This document shows, one piece after another, positions 1 through 8,887 of a stretch of 64,000 nt of DNA. The position numbers and the translations under genes were made by a program. How positions within the stretch are numbered: the stretch's first letter is position 1; each line of letters opens with the position of its first letter. The notes under the pieces were generated by a model. The model had not been told where the DNA came from. It was given only the letters and a program-made list of their open reading frames with translations, and made no database searches. The DNA is from Thermodesulfobacteriota bacterium (lineage in GTDB: Bacteria; Desulfobacterota_D; UBA1144; Nemesobacterales; Nemesobacteraceae), in assembly GCA_965202785.1 (NCBI GenBank), contig OZ241855.1:1152001-1216000 (forward strand), read 5' to 3'.

Positions 1-1
1 T

Positions 2-1135
2 CCCGTAGTTCTCATACACGTAGGTGCAGAAATCCTTTACTATCTGTATCCTGACTTCGGAGGGATGGTACTCATCGCGCAGGATCGATGCGGGATCTCT
101 GTAGGGAAACGGGTTATCTTCTTTCCAGAATTCCCCTCTTACCTCCAGGAACCTGTCGACAGCTTCACCCATGTCCGCCACGTAGGGAGGGCAGAGGGAT
201 TCGAAAACTCCGTCCCTTCCGACGGGGTAAGGCGGGTTTGTGCTCCTGACGCTTTCCTCCGGCTGGACGAACCGGAACCCGAGTCCCTTGTGGGAAGGGT
301 CGACCCCGAGTGCGTAATGGGGAAGCAGTCCCGTAAAAGTCCAGCCTCCGAGACCCAGGGCCTGCAGCGCGAGATTCATGTTCTGGCTTATGAATGCCTG
401 CTCCACGTTAAGCGTTGTCAGCACCCTTAGTTCCAGATCAAACAGTGAAAGCCTGACGTCGTTTCTTATGTAGCCTTTCTCTATCCACTTATCAAGGCCG
501 CACGATCTTCCCCCGTTGAGTTCGTCAATGATGTTAAAGCCGTACTTGGCTCCGAAATATATGAACAGAAGCACCATGTACTCGACTGTGGTGTTGGTTA
601 CCGGGATGAAGAAGGTCGTTCCCGGCTTGTTTGTGTTCCACGCGTTAAAGTCGAAAAGGCCGGGTTCTCCCTTCGGAAGGTCCGCCCTTTGGTTCTCAAG
701 GGTAATTCTGCTTGCCCTGAAAAGCTCGACTATTTTTTCAAGCTGTTTTTCTCTGTCAAGCGACATAAAGATAGAGGTGTCGGGGGGTATGAGGTCAAAA
801 AGCCGTACCATGTAAACACCTTCATCGTTTGTGTAGAAAAGTTCGGTCGAATGGGAATTGCAGGAGCACGGCCAGCTTCTGCCGGTCCACTGGAAAAGCC
901 ATGATATGCCGGTTCTCGGAAGGTCCCCCAGAGAAAGACCCGTGGTTCCCGTGCCCGCCCAGATCAAAAAAGCCTCTTCGAGTTCGGAAAGGGGGACTGG
1001 GTCGTGAGCCGAACTGTAGGCAAGGTTTCCTTCGGGAATTTCCATCCCGAGACCGAAACGGCGCGACCTTCTTGAGAATATGGAATCCAGAAGACTGAAG
1101 TTTATGGCTCGTTCAAAGCCTTGGGGGATTTTCAT
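2..1135 (-). CDS. Nitroreductase-like protein, 3' end truncated by window edge (not in supplied ORF track)
   Basis: Manual translation from ATG at 1135 (MKIPQGFERAINFSLLDSIFSRRSRRFGLG...) stays open to position 2. It has an N-terminal RRSRR FMN-binding-like motif and QNMNLALQALGLGGW, typical of the nitroreductase fold. Confidence 0.7.
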   Translation of the reverse strand, partial: MKIPQGFERAINFSLLDSIFSRRSRRFGLGMEIPEGNLAYSSAHDPVPLSELEEAFLIWAGTGTTGLSLGDLPRTGISWLFQWTGRSWPCSCNSHSTELFYTNDEGVYMVRLFDLIPPDTSIFMSLDREKQLEKIVELFRASRITLENQRADLPKGEPGLFDFNAWNTNKPGTTFFIPVTNTTVEYMVLLFIYFGAKYGFNIIDELNGGRSCGLDKWIEKGYIRNDVRLSLFDLELRVLTTLNVEQAFISQNMNLALQALGLGGWTFTGLLPHYALGVDPSHKGLGFRFVQPEESVRSTNPPYPVGRDGVFESLCPPYVADMGEAVDRFLEVRGEFWKEDNPFPYRDPASILRDEYHPSEVRIQIVKDFCTYVYENYG

Positions 1136-1181
1136 TTTTCCGCTTTTTTAGGCGGCCTTGCGAGAGGTGGCCCAGATCCGG

Positions 1182-1631
1182 TCAGTTGTTAAGGGTTTTG
1201 CATTCCTCGCAGATTCCGCTGAAAAGCACCGAGTATCCAAGAATTTTGTAATTATCTATTTGCGGGTCAAGTTCCGAGTAAGCTATGGAATCGTCGTAGA
1301 TGTCCTCTATTTTTTTGCATTTTACACATACGACGTGGTGGTGAGGTTCCATGTTGGCGTCGTATCTTGCCGCGTGATACAGGGTGTTGACTACTGATAT
1401 AAGTCCCATCCTCTCGAATGTCTCAAGCGTTCTGTACACGGTGGTAAGGGATATGTTCGGATAGTAGTCCTTTATGTTCTTATAGATCATCTCGGTGCTG
1501 GGATGCTGCATGCTTCCCGCAAGCTCCCTGTATATCGCTATTCTCTGAGGAGTTACCTTAAGCCCCAGTTCTTTGCTTCTTTTTATGAATTGCGATATCT
1601 TGTTTTCAGTTCCGAGTTCCGAATTCTTCAT
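1182..1631 (-). CDS. Fur family transcriptional regulator (PerR-like)
   Basis: TPQRIAI, HPSTEMIY, SLTTVYRTL, HHHVVCVKC and C-terminal CEEC motifs. Confidence 0.92.
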   Translation of the reverse strand: MKNSELGTENKISQFIKRSKELGLKVTPQRIAIYRELAGSMQHPSTEMIYKNIKDYYPNISLTTVYRTLETFERMGLISVVNTLYHAARYDANMEPHHHVVCVKCKKIEDIYDDSIAYSELDPQIDNYKILGYSVLFSGICEECKTLNN

Positions 1632-1708
1632 AATCTGTCCCTTTAGGGGGATTAAAACAGGCCAGTCTCAGTGTACCTTAAAAGTCTTTAAGTCTCAAAC
1701 CGCATGCC

Positions 1709-2320
1709 ATGCAGAAAACTGTCATTGAGTTTATGAAGAAAAACAGGGTCGTGGCCGTTATCAGGTCCGCCAGTTACGAAAAATCTCTTGAATTCGCAAG
1801 GGGATGCGTTGACGGCGGGATAAGAATCATAGAAGTCATATCAATCTCTCCGGGTTCTGAAAGACTTCTTCGGGAGCTTGCCTCACAGGATGGAATATGC
1901 GTCGGAGCGGGTACGGTTCTTGACCGCGGTTCCGCCGAGCGGATGTCTGATTGCGGGGCCCGTTTCATAGTCTCTCCGCACACCAATCCCGGGATAATCG
2001 AGTATTGTCGGAAAAGCGGCATCACGGTGATCTCCGGCGCCTTTACATCCTCTGAGATGGTTAACGCCCGCAGCATCGGAGCGGACTTCGTAAAGATATT
2101 CCCCGCTTCGAGCTTCGGTCCGGGTTACGTGAAAGCCATAAAGGAGCCTCTCGGATTTATGGATATCATGGTCACCGGGGGAATTACCGCGGACAACATT
2201 CGGGATTATCTCTCGGCGGGAGCAGCGCTTGCCGGGGTGTCTACGGCGCTTTTGAGCGGAGGAGACGACTATCAGTCCATAAAACAAAGGGCCGAGGAGT
2301 TCTCCCGGTTCTCCACGTGA
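1709..2320 (+). CDS. eda: KDPG/KHG aldolase
   Basis: VVAVIR, GAGTVL, FIVSP, VKIFPA and TGGI motifs. Confidence 0.88.
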   Translation: MQKTVIEFMKKNRVVAVIRSASYEKSLEFARGCVDGGIRIIEVISISPGSERLLRELASQDGICVGAGTVLDRGSAERMSDCGARFIVSPHTNPGIIEYCRKSGITVISGAFTSSEMVNARSIGADFVKIFPASSFGPGYVKAIKEPLGFMDIMVTGGITADNIRDYLSAGAALAGVSTALLSGGDDYQSIKQRAEEFSRFST

Positions 2321-2688
2321 AAATGGATACAAAGCCGCAGGCAAGGCAGTTTTATCTTGATTCAATAGACGAGGTGTTTGCCGAGATCTTCTACCTTTTC
2401 GGCGGCGGCTTTGACGTCAGGATGGAGATTGCCTCCGAAACTTCGCTTGTAAGCGCTTCTTTTTCCCCCTGCATCTCGACGGTTAATCGAGAGGGGGCAG
2501 TCGACTTTGAGCTTTGTGCCTTTGAGTGTTCGGGTGTTTCTGCGGAGAATTTAGAGGAGTATCTCGGGGTTCCGGTGCATACCAGCAGCGCGCTTGAGTT
2601 CTTTGACTATGTTTTTTCCCAAAGATCTAAAGTTGTCTGCGGTGTGGATTTCGCGGGAAACAGCTGGATAATAACCGCTACTGACTGA
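2317..2688 (+). CDS. Hypothetical protein
   Basis: 123-aa ORF overlapping the eda stop (GTGA); no recognisable motif. Confidence 0.6.
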   Translation: MKMDTKPQARQFYLDSIDEVFAEIFYLFGGGFDVRMEIASETSLVSASFSPCISTVNREGAVDFELCAFECSGVSAENLEEYLGVPVHTSSALEFFDYVFSQRSKVVCGVDFAGNSWIITATD

Positions 2689-2753
2689 AAACGCTCATTA
2701 TTTTGGCTGTTTCTAGATATTGATTTTCCTTTCCGGGTTATTTTTTTGCGGGC

Positions 2754-3140
2754 TTGCTTAAAACCTGTTACTTTAGCAAAGTGAGGTTTTTACCGTTGTT
2801 GTTGATGTTGGTGACCGCGTTTTCGTTACCTGCTTATGCCCAAAGCGGGACGGGCCACGACTGGTATTCGGGGAATAGCTACTATTGGAATACAGATTCT
2901 AAGGGTAAGACGACCGTTCATGGCTTCGATACGAAAACAGGGGCGTACTGGAATGCGACTGTCGAACCAGATGGGGATATGAGGGGTTACGATAGTAATT
3001 ACAACCCTTGGAGTTACGACAGCCGGACGGGATATTACTATAATTTCGGTACTGGGGAGAACTGTATCGGAAAAGGCTATGTCCGGACATGTTATTGGGG
3101 AGGCGCGCTTAATGGTCCCATGGGCAGGGGCAATCAATGA
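2754..3140 (+). CDS. Small secreted Tyr/Trp/Gly-rich hypothetical protein
   Basis: Signal-peptide-like N-terminus (LLLMLVTAFSLPAYA-Q). True start may be GTG 2781. Confidence 0.65.
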   Translation: MLKTCYFSKVRFLPLLLMLVTAFSLPAYAQSGTGHDWYSGNSYYWNTDSKGKTTVHGFDTKTGAYWNATVEPDGDMRGYDSNYNPWSYDSRTGYYYNFGTGENCIGKGYVRTCYWGGALNGPMGRGNQ

Positions 3141-3213
3141 GCAAGCCGTTCACTTTGGGAGTGGACAGGAAAGGGAAGATTAGGATTGCCGTGGCAGGGG
3201 TAGGCGATAGCCT

Positions 3214-4293
3214 CTAGAACCGTTCCAGAATTTCGTAATAGGTATTTCTCTGCGCGGGGTTAAACCCGGCGCTTTTTATCATGTGAACGAGTTCGTCCAC
3301 AGTCGAGCGGATCTTGTTCTCAGCGCACCCCAGGACATTTTCATCGTAAAGGGTCCCGCCGAGGTCGCTCGCGCCGTAGTGCAGGGACATTGAACCCATT
3401 TTCTTTCCCTGGGTAAACCAAGAGCCCTGTACATGCTTGAAGTTATCAAGGAATATCCTGCATACCGAGAGAACCCTAAGGTATCTTTCTCCGCCGACTT
3501 CGTCCTTTATTCTTTTTTCAAGCAAGGTGTTTTTAGGTTTGAATGTCCAGGGGATAAACGCCAGGAAATTCCCCGTTTCATCCTGAAGCTCTCTTATCCT
3601 GAAGAGGTGCTCGATTATGTCCTCGTCATTCTCAAGGTGACCGAACATCATGGTCGCGGTTGTCTTGAAGCCCACAAGATGAGCTTCCCTGGTGATTCTC
3701 ATCCAGGTGTCGGCATCTATCTTGAGAGGGCTTATAGCCCTTCTCGCCCTGTTTGACAGCACCTCGGCTCCGCCTCCCGGTATTGTTCTTAGCCCCGCGT
3801 CCCAGAGGGTTTGCAGCACGTATCTCGTGTCTAGGTTTTCATACTTGGCAATGGCGGCTATCTCCGGGGCGGAGAATGCGTGGAGATGAAGATCTGGTAT
3901 CTCTTTCGTGGTCCTTTTTACGATTTCGATGTAATAATCAAGCTTCAGTTCCGGGTTATGGCCTCCCTGCAGAAGGACGGTAGTGGCGCCGTTATGGTAG
4001 GATGTGCGCATTATCTCAATCACTTTGTCGACGCTCATGGTGTAGGCGTCGTAGGCGCCCGGCGGTCTCCAGAAGGCGCAGAAAAGACATTCCGTGTCGC
4101 AGACGTTCGTGTAATTGGGGTTTGTGTCCGCGACGAAGGTCACTATGTTTTCCGGATTAAACCTTTTTCTTACTATATCGGCTAGGGAACCCAACTGGAG
4201 CAGGTCGGCCTTTCCGAGAAGCTGGGCGGCTTCGTCGGTCGATATCCGCTTACCTTCAAAAACCTTCGCGTAGATATTTTCAAGCGAATTCAT
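3214..4293 (-). CDS. mqnC: Cyclic dehypoxanthinyl futalosine synthase (radical SAM, CofH/MqnC family)
   Basis: NYTNVCDTECLFCAF CxxxCxxC motif, LLQGGHNP, IPGGGAE, TATMMFGH, FIPWTF. Start placed at ATG 4293. Confidence 0.88.
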   Translation of the reverse strand: MNSLENIYAKVFEGKRISTDEAAQLLGKADLLQLGSLADIVRKRFNPENIVTFVADTNPNYTNVCDTECLFCAFWRPPGAYDAYTMSVDKVIEIMRTSYHNGATTVLLQGGHNPELKLDYYIEIVKRTTKEIPDLHLHAFSAPEIAAIAKYENLDTRYVLQTLWDAGLRTIPGGGAEVLSNRARRAISPLKIDADTWMRITREAHLVGFKTTATMMFGHLENDEDIIEHLFRIRELQDETGNFLAFIPWTFKPKNTLLEKRIKDEVGGERYLRVLSVCRIFLDNFKHVQGSWFTQGKKMGSMSLHYGASDLGGTLYDENVLGCAENKIRSTVDELVHMIKSAGFNPAQRNTYYEILERF

Positions 4294-4549
4294 AGAGAAA
4301 ATTAATAAAGCTAATAGCGGAGGCAAAGTCAATTCCGCAAGCAGTGTTTCTGAAACCAACTTCGAAACGGGTGCGAACGGAAAATTCCTGCAGTTAAGAA
4401 AAAACGTATAATTTGGAAATTTGGTGTCTGTGCTTACGGGCTGGCAATGTGATAAAAGTTTAACAGCTCATTTGCGTGTAATTTTAAGGTTTTATCCAGA
4501 ACTCCGACCGCCAGCACTCCATATTTACCACTCAGCTATTTCATTTGAA

Positions 4550-4592
4550 TAAAAAAAGGAAGACTAAGCTACGGCAGCAACCTAGCCTTCCC
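4550..4592 (-). terminator. Putative intrinsic terminator
   Basis: Minus strand reads GGGAAGGCTAGG-TTGCTGCCGTAG-CTTAGTCTTCC-TTTTTTT: a long stem with G-U pairs followed by a U-tract. Confidence 0.6.
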
Positions 4593-4977
4593 ATTCAAAA
4601 CGCAAACACTTATAAGGGGCCTTGGCCCTCCCAAGGAGGTAACACAGATACAAGGCTGCGCTACCGAATAGTTAGTACCAATACCCAAAAACAGAGATGA
4701 TGTCAATCAGGGGGTTGGCGTCAACTTACCATTCAAGCACTACATACTGCCCATTACTTGCAGTATTGGTATTACATTTAAGAAGCTGGTAGTGTGAGGA
4801 TACACATTTTGATAGAAGGTCGGGAGCCTCAAACGGCTTGAACGGGAAACCGTAGCTGGGAACATTCCCCGCACCTACTGAGGTCGGAAGTTTCCTAGAA
4901 ACTTGAAGGAAGTCAAAGCGGGCGGGCTCTACTGGTTCCCCACCGGCTGTTTTTATGATGACATATAATGAGAAATA

Positions 4978-5853
4978 ATGGAGTTCATGGAATTAAAGAT
5001 GTTGTTCCCAAAAACTATATGCTCTGTACCTGTTCAGAGGTTTTGGATATCCATGGTCAAAATCTCAATTGCTGCCGTTTTGTGGATGCTGGTGACGGCA
5101 TGCTTCCCAAGTTCTCCGGTATCCCCACCTGCTGTTACTCCGCCTGATGCGTGCGGCGACAAGGCCCCGGTTGTCACTAGCGGACGTCTCGAACGAACTA
5201 GCGAGACTGATTCTGCGGTTCTAGCCCGTCGCGTCTTAGAAATCCCGGATTTTTCCGGACACGGTCTGATCGACGAGATAGAGCGGGTTTTGGGCATAAT
5301 ACGTTCTACATGGCCGGAGATGGCCGAGGTGAATGCGCGCCCAAGATGGGAACCCGGGACGCTGATTTTGCGTTTGGAACCGTTTTTGTTCGAAGCCGTG
5401 TCCGTCAGTCTGCCCGAAGAGGGTGTTTCAGCTCCTTTTTGTACAGGGCACCCGGAGTTTGACGCTCTTAATACGGCGTTTGGGCTGCGAGGCGTGGAAA
5501 TTCTTCCTTTTGAATATACGCGGGTCATCGTGATCGGGTTTGACCCGCGCGAGCACGTCTACTCCGCGGGCGCATCATATGAGAAAATAGAAGGAGTCAT
5601 TTACGCCAGGCCCGAGCCCATGTTGGGAGATGGTTCCGATATTGAAGTGCTGTGGTCGGAGGGGAAATGGTACGCGGTGTTTCGCAGGGCATGGGGCGAT
5701 TGTCCGGCCGGCTGTATCTTTTCAGAGCTTTATTTCTTTGTCGAACACGAAGGTGACGTCAAACGAATTGATCCGGAGCGCGCAGGGGAAATCGAGGAGT
5801 TTGCCAAGATCCTTGCGGAGCGCGGCTGGATGCAGCGGCCCGAAAGACAATAG
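4978..5853 (+). CDS. Putative lipoprotein, hypothetical
   Basis: Lipobox-like LVTAC, Pro-rich linker and C-terminal WGDCPAGC motif. True start is probably the later ATG (MVKISIAAV). Confidence 0.7.
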   Translation: MEFMELKMLFPKTICSVPVQRFWISMVKISIAAVLWMLVTACFPSSPVSPPAVTPPDACGDKAPVVTSGRLERTSETDSAVLARRVLEIPDFSGHGLIDEIERVLGIIRSTWPEMAEVNARPRWEPGTLILRLEPFLFEAVSVSLPEEGVSAPFCTGHPEFDALNTAFGLRGVEILPFEYTRVIVIGFDPREHVYSAGASYEKIEGVIYARPEPMLGDGSDIEVLWSEGKWYAVFRRAWGDCPAGCIFSELYFFVEHEGDVKRIDPERAGEIEEFAKILAERGWMQRPERQ

Positions 5854-6039
5854 CTATTGTCCGACTAACTTGATGCGCGGAAGCAGTCGGTGTTGTTTTC
5901 CTTTGCTGTGTATTTTGATCCATTTTTGTTATTCTGTTTGAGAAGGTTCTGCCCGGTGTATCTCGGCGGTTTTTCCTTTCGTAACCAGTACGCACTGGGG
6001 TTTCGGAACCGAGGATTGATATGTGCTTGGGTGCGTGGC

Positions 6040-7785
6040 TTGAAGAAATTTCCTGAAAAAAAGTTTTTTCTTCTTTTATTTCTGTTTCTCTGTCTTTCCT
6101 GCAGCGGTGCCGGACTTTTCGTTGACCCCGACCGGGGTCTTGAGAGCGTAGACCGGGAGGATGCGTATTATCATTTTGCGCTTTCAGCGCTATATCTGGA
6201 ACAAGGGGACCTGAAACGTGCGCTGCAGAGCCTTGAAGAGGCAGAACGGATTGATCCCCAGTCCTCTGAAATAAAATACCGTCTCGCTCTGATTTACACG
6301 GTTCTTAATATACGCGAGAAGGCCGTCGCCAAGTTCACCCAGTCCATCGTTCTTGACCCATCAAATTCCCCGGCATACAGGGACCTTGCCCGCATCTACC
6401 TTGCATATCCGGACGAAACCATGAAGAAAAGGGGCAAGAAATTCCTGCTCAAGGCGGTCGAGATCAATCCAGGGGACAAGGAAGCCTATCTGCTTCTTTG
6501 TGCGACTGAACTGTATTCCGGAAATCTTGAGAAAGCGCAGAAGTACGCCGAAAAGAGCCTTTCGGTAAGTCCTAAAGATGTCACGGGTCACTTCTACCTT
6601 GGAAGCATCGCCTCGAGAAGAAACGATCTGGATGCCGCGGTAAAGCACTACAAAAGGGCTCTTGAAATTCAACGGACATACTACCCCGCTTTCGCCGGGC
6701 TCGTTGAAACCCTTGAGAAAGCGAAAAGAATAGAAGAGGCAATAGAGCAGTACGAGTCGGCGATCAGGAAATTTGCTCCTTATCGCGATGTTTTTATTTC
6801 CTACGGGAACATGCTTTACCGCCAGCGCAGGTTCGAAGAGGCCATAAAGCAGTACCACAACGCAGAGGCTGCGGATCCGGAGAATCCCGAGATTAGCTTC
6901 AGAATCGGTCTCCTCTATCTTGAAAGCGGCAGTTACGAGGAAGCTATCGGAGAACTAAAACAGGTTTTCGAACGTCTGCCTGCACATTTTGGGGCAAAAT
7001 ACTACTCCGCCGTCGCCCACACCAAGCTCGGGCGGTATTCCCAATCAAGGATGCTTCTCGATTCCATACCCCAAACCTCTGATTTCCACGTAGACGCGGT
7101 TATTCATGGGGCATATATACATGAACTCGAGGGTTCAGCACCGAAGGCGATCAGGATACTGAAAGAGCTTCATGAGAAAAACCCGTACAATCCCAAGGCC
7201 GTGAATTCTCTTGGTGAAATCTACGGAAGGCAGGAGAGGCAGCAGGATTCGATCTCTTTGTACGACAGGTATCTTGAAAAGCACCCCGATGACGAATCCG
7301 TTCTGTATTCGCTTGGCGTTTCGTATTACTACAGCGACCGCATACCGGAAGCGCTCTCGGTAATGGAGGATATAATCAGCAGGAATCCGCAGAGTTTCGA
7401 TGCGATGAATTTCATCGGGTACACATACGCCGAGCGGGGAGAAAAACTTGATTACGCCGAGGAACTCATTAACAAGGCTCTTGAGCTTGCTCCCGGGCGG
7501 GCTTACATAATCGACAGCCTGGGGTGGGTTTACTATCAGAAGGGCGATTTCACCGGAGCCCTTGAGTATCTCCTTCGCGCCTCGGAGATCCCTCCTCCCG
7601 ATGCGGCCATTCTGGAGCACGTGGGTGATGTGTATGAGAAACTCGGCAAAAGAGAACTCGCGGCGGAGAATTACGCAAAAGCCCTTGAACTTTTGGATTC
7701 CAAGAAACTGGTTACCGTTGAAGACAGGAAAATCCGCACGAGGCTTCAAGAAAAGCTAAAGGAATTCAGGCGCAATGAGGCATAA
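6040..7785 (+). CDS. Tetratricopeptide-repeat lipoprotein
   Basis: Many TPRs, AMNFIGYTYAE/IIDSLGWVYYQ motifs and lipobox CLSC. Start placed at TTG 6040 (ORF open from 5890). Confidence 0.88.
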   Translation: MKKFPEKKFFLLLFLFLCLSCSGAGLFVDPDRGLESVDREDAYYHFALSALYLEQGDLKRALQSLEEAERIDPQSSEIKYRLALIYTVLNIREKAVAKFTQSIVLDPSNSPAYRDLARIYLAYPDETMKKRGKKFLLKAVEINPGDKEAYLLLCATELYSGNLEKAQKYAEKSLSVSPKDVTGHFYLGSIASRRNDLDAAVKHYKRALEIQRTYYPAFAGLVETLEKAKRIEEAIEQYESAIRKFAPYRDVFISYGNMLYRQRRFEEAIKQYHNAEAADPENPEISFRIGLLYLESGSYEEAIGELKQVFERLPAHFGAKYYSAVAHTKLGRYSQSRMLLDSIPQTSDFHVDAVIHGAYIHELEGSAPKAIRILKELHEKNPYNPKAVNSLGEIYGRQERQQDSISLYDRYLEKHPDDESVLYSLGVSYYYSDRIPEALSVMEDIISRNPQSFDAMNFIGYTYAERGEKLDYAEELINKALELAPGRAYIIDSLGWVYYQKGDFTGALEYLLRASEIPPPDAAILEHVGDVYEKLGKRELAAENYAKALELLDSKKLVTVEDRKIRTRLQEKLKEFRRNEA

Positions 7786-8527
7786 CTGGGTTTTTATTCC
7801 GTTTGTTTTTCTCCTTTTTTCCTGCGCTGGCCAACTTCCGCCCACTACTGTCGGCCACCCTGATCCTTCCGCCATATTGGCAAAGGCAAAACGCACTCAG
7901 ATGGGCTTCACTTCGATAAAAGCCAGGGCGAGGGTGTCGATAAAATCCCCACAGGGGAAAATTGTTTTCGATCAGGTAGGCACTGCCGTCCGCCCGGAGT
8001 TTCTGAGAGTTTCGGTTTTCGCTCCTTTCGGCGAGATGCTCGCGAGGGTGGTTTCCGACGGAGAAAGTGTGAGAATGAAGACCAGCTGGGAAGAGTTGAT
8101 CTTTGAGAATCCGGAAGATTTCAGACTTTCCTACCTTTATCCGGGACTCCCACCCCAGCTCGGAGTTGAGGAGATAGTAAACTTTCTGCTGGGGGGATCC
8201 CCGTTTGCCATCCCCAAGAAAAGTTACTCTGTGCAGGCCGGGGAGAAGGAAGGGGAAATAGTCTTCGTGTTTTCGGGAAGTACTCCCCTCCGGGTCACGG
8301 TCGATTCCCGGAGAAATTTCATAACCAGGGTAGAGGGTGCGCTTTCTGACGGAGAGAAGGCTAAAATTGAGTTCTCGTTGCTCAAACGGATTGACTCGGA
8401 TACCTATTTCCCGAGAAAGCTGCTTTTTGAGACCGCCGATTACAGCCTCAACGTGAATTATGACGAGAATTTACGGGTAAACTCAAAGACAGATATTTCT
8501 TTTTTCCGGTCCGCGGAGGAACGCTGA
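7775..8527 (+). CDS. LolB-like / DUF4292-like lipoprotein
   Basis: Lipobox LFSC, LRVSVFAPFG motif, coupled to the TPR gene. Confidence 0.65.
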   Translation: MRHNWVFIPFVFLLFSCAGQLPPTTVGHPDPSAILAKAKRTQMGFTSIKARARVSIKSPQGKIVFDQVGTAVRPEFLRVSVFAPFGEMLARVVSDGESVRMKTSWEELIFENPEDFRLSYLYPGLPPQLGVEEIVNFLLGGSPFAIPKKSYSVQAGEKEGEIVFVFSGSTPLRVTVDSRRNFITRVEGALSDGEKAKIEFSLLKRIDSDTYFPRKLLFETADYSLNVNYDENLRVNSKTDISFFRSAEER

Positions 8528-8528
8528 T

Positions 8529-8822
8529 TTGTCGCAGAAACCGCTTGTAAGAAACTTCGTAATAAGGAACCGTTTGGGTCTTCACGCCAGGGCGGCCGCG
8601 GTTCTGGTCGCCCTGACCAGCAGATTCAGTTCCAGTATAATGATAAGGAAAGACAGTTTCGAGATAGACGGAAAAAGCATACTGGGCGTTTTGTCCCTTG
8701 CGGCCATTTGTGGCACTAAAGTTGCCGTTACGATAGAGGGAGAAGACTCGGAGCTTGCGATGGAGGAAGTCTCCCGTCTGATTGAAAGCGGCTTCGGGGA
8801 AGGGATCGATCCGGAGAACTGA
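8529..8822 (+). CDS. ptsH: Phosphocarrier protein HPr
   Basis: GLHARAA (His15) and DGKSILGVLSL (Ser46). Confidence 0.93.
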   Translation: MSQKPLVRNFVIRNRLGLHARAAAVLVALTSRFSSSIMIRKDSFEIDGKSILGVLSLAAICGTKVAVTIEGEDSELAMEEVSRLIESGFGEGIDPEN

Positions 8823-8887
8823 GTTTGGGATATTCTGCAAACGGGATAAGCTGAATCGGTTCTTGGGGGAAAAGCACTGTTACAGCT

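Noticed and set aside
65-1397. Plus-strand ORFs at the left edge
   Set aside because: Antisense shadows of the minus-strand nitroreductase-like and Fur genes.
2685-3233. Possible degenerate repeat of the mqnC 3' end (both copies read ERF on the minus strand)
   Set aside because: Too little nucleotide identity to distinguish from chance.
4820-4920. Cobalamin riboswitch, SRP RNA or hammerhead assignment for the structured element
   Set aside because: Only fragments (GGGAA, GAAGG, AAGTCA) match; core motifs such as GCCACTG or CTGATGA are absent.
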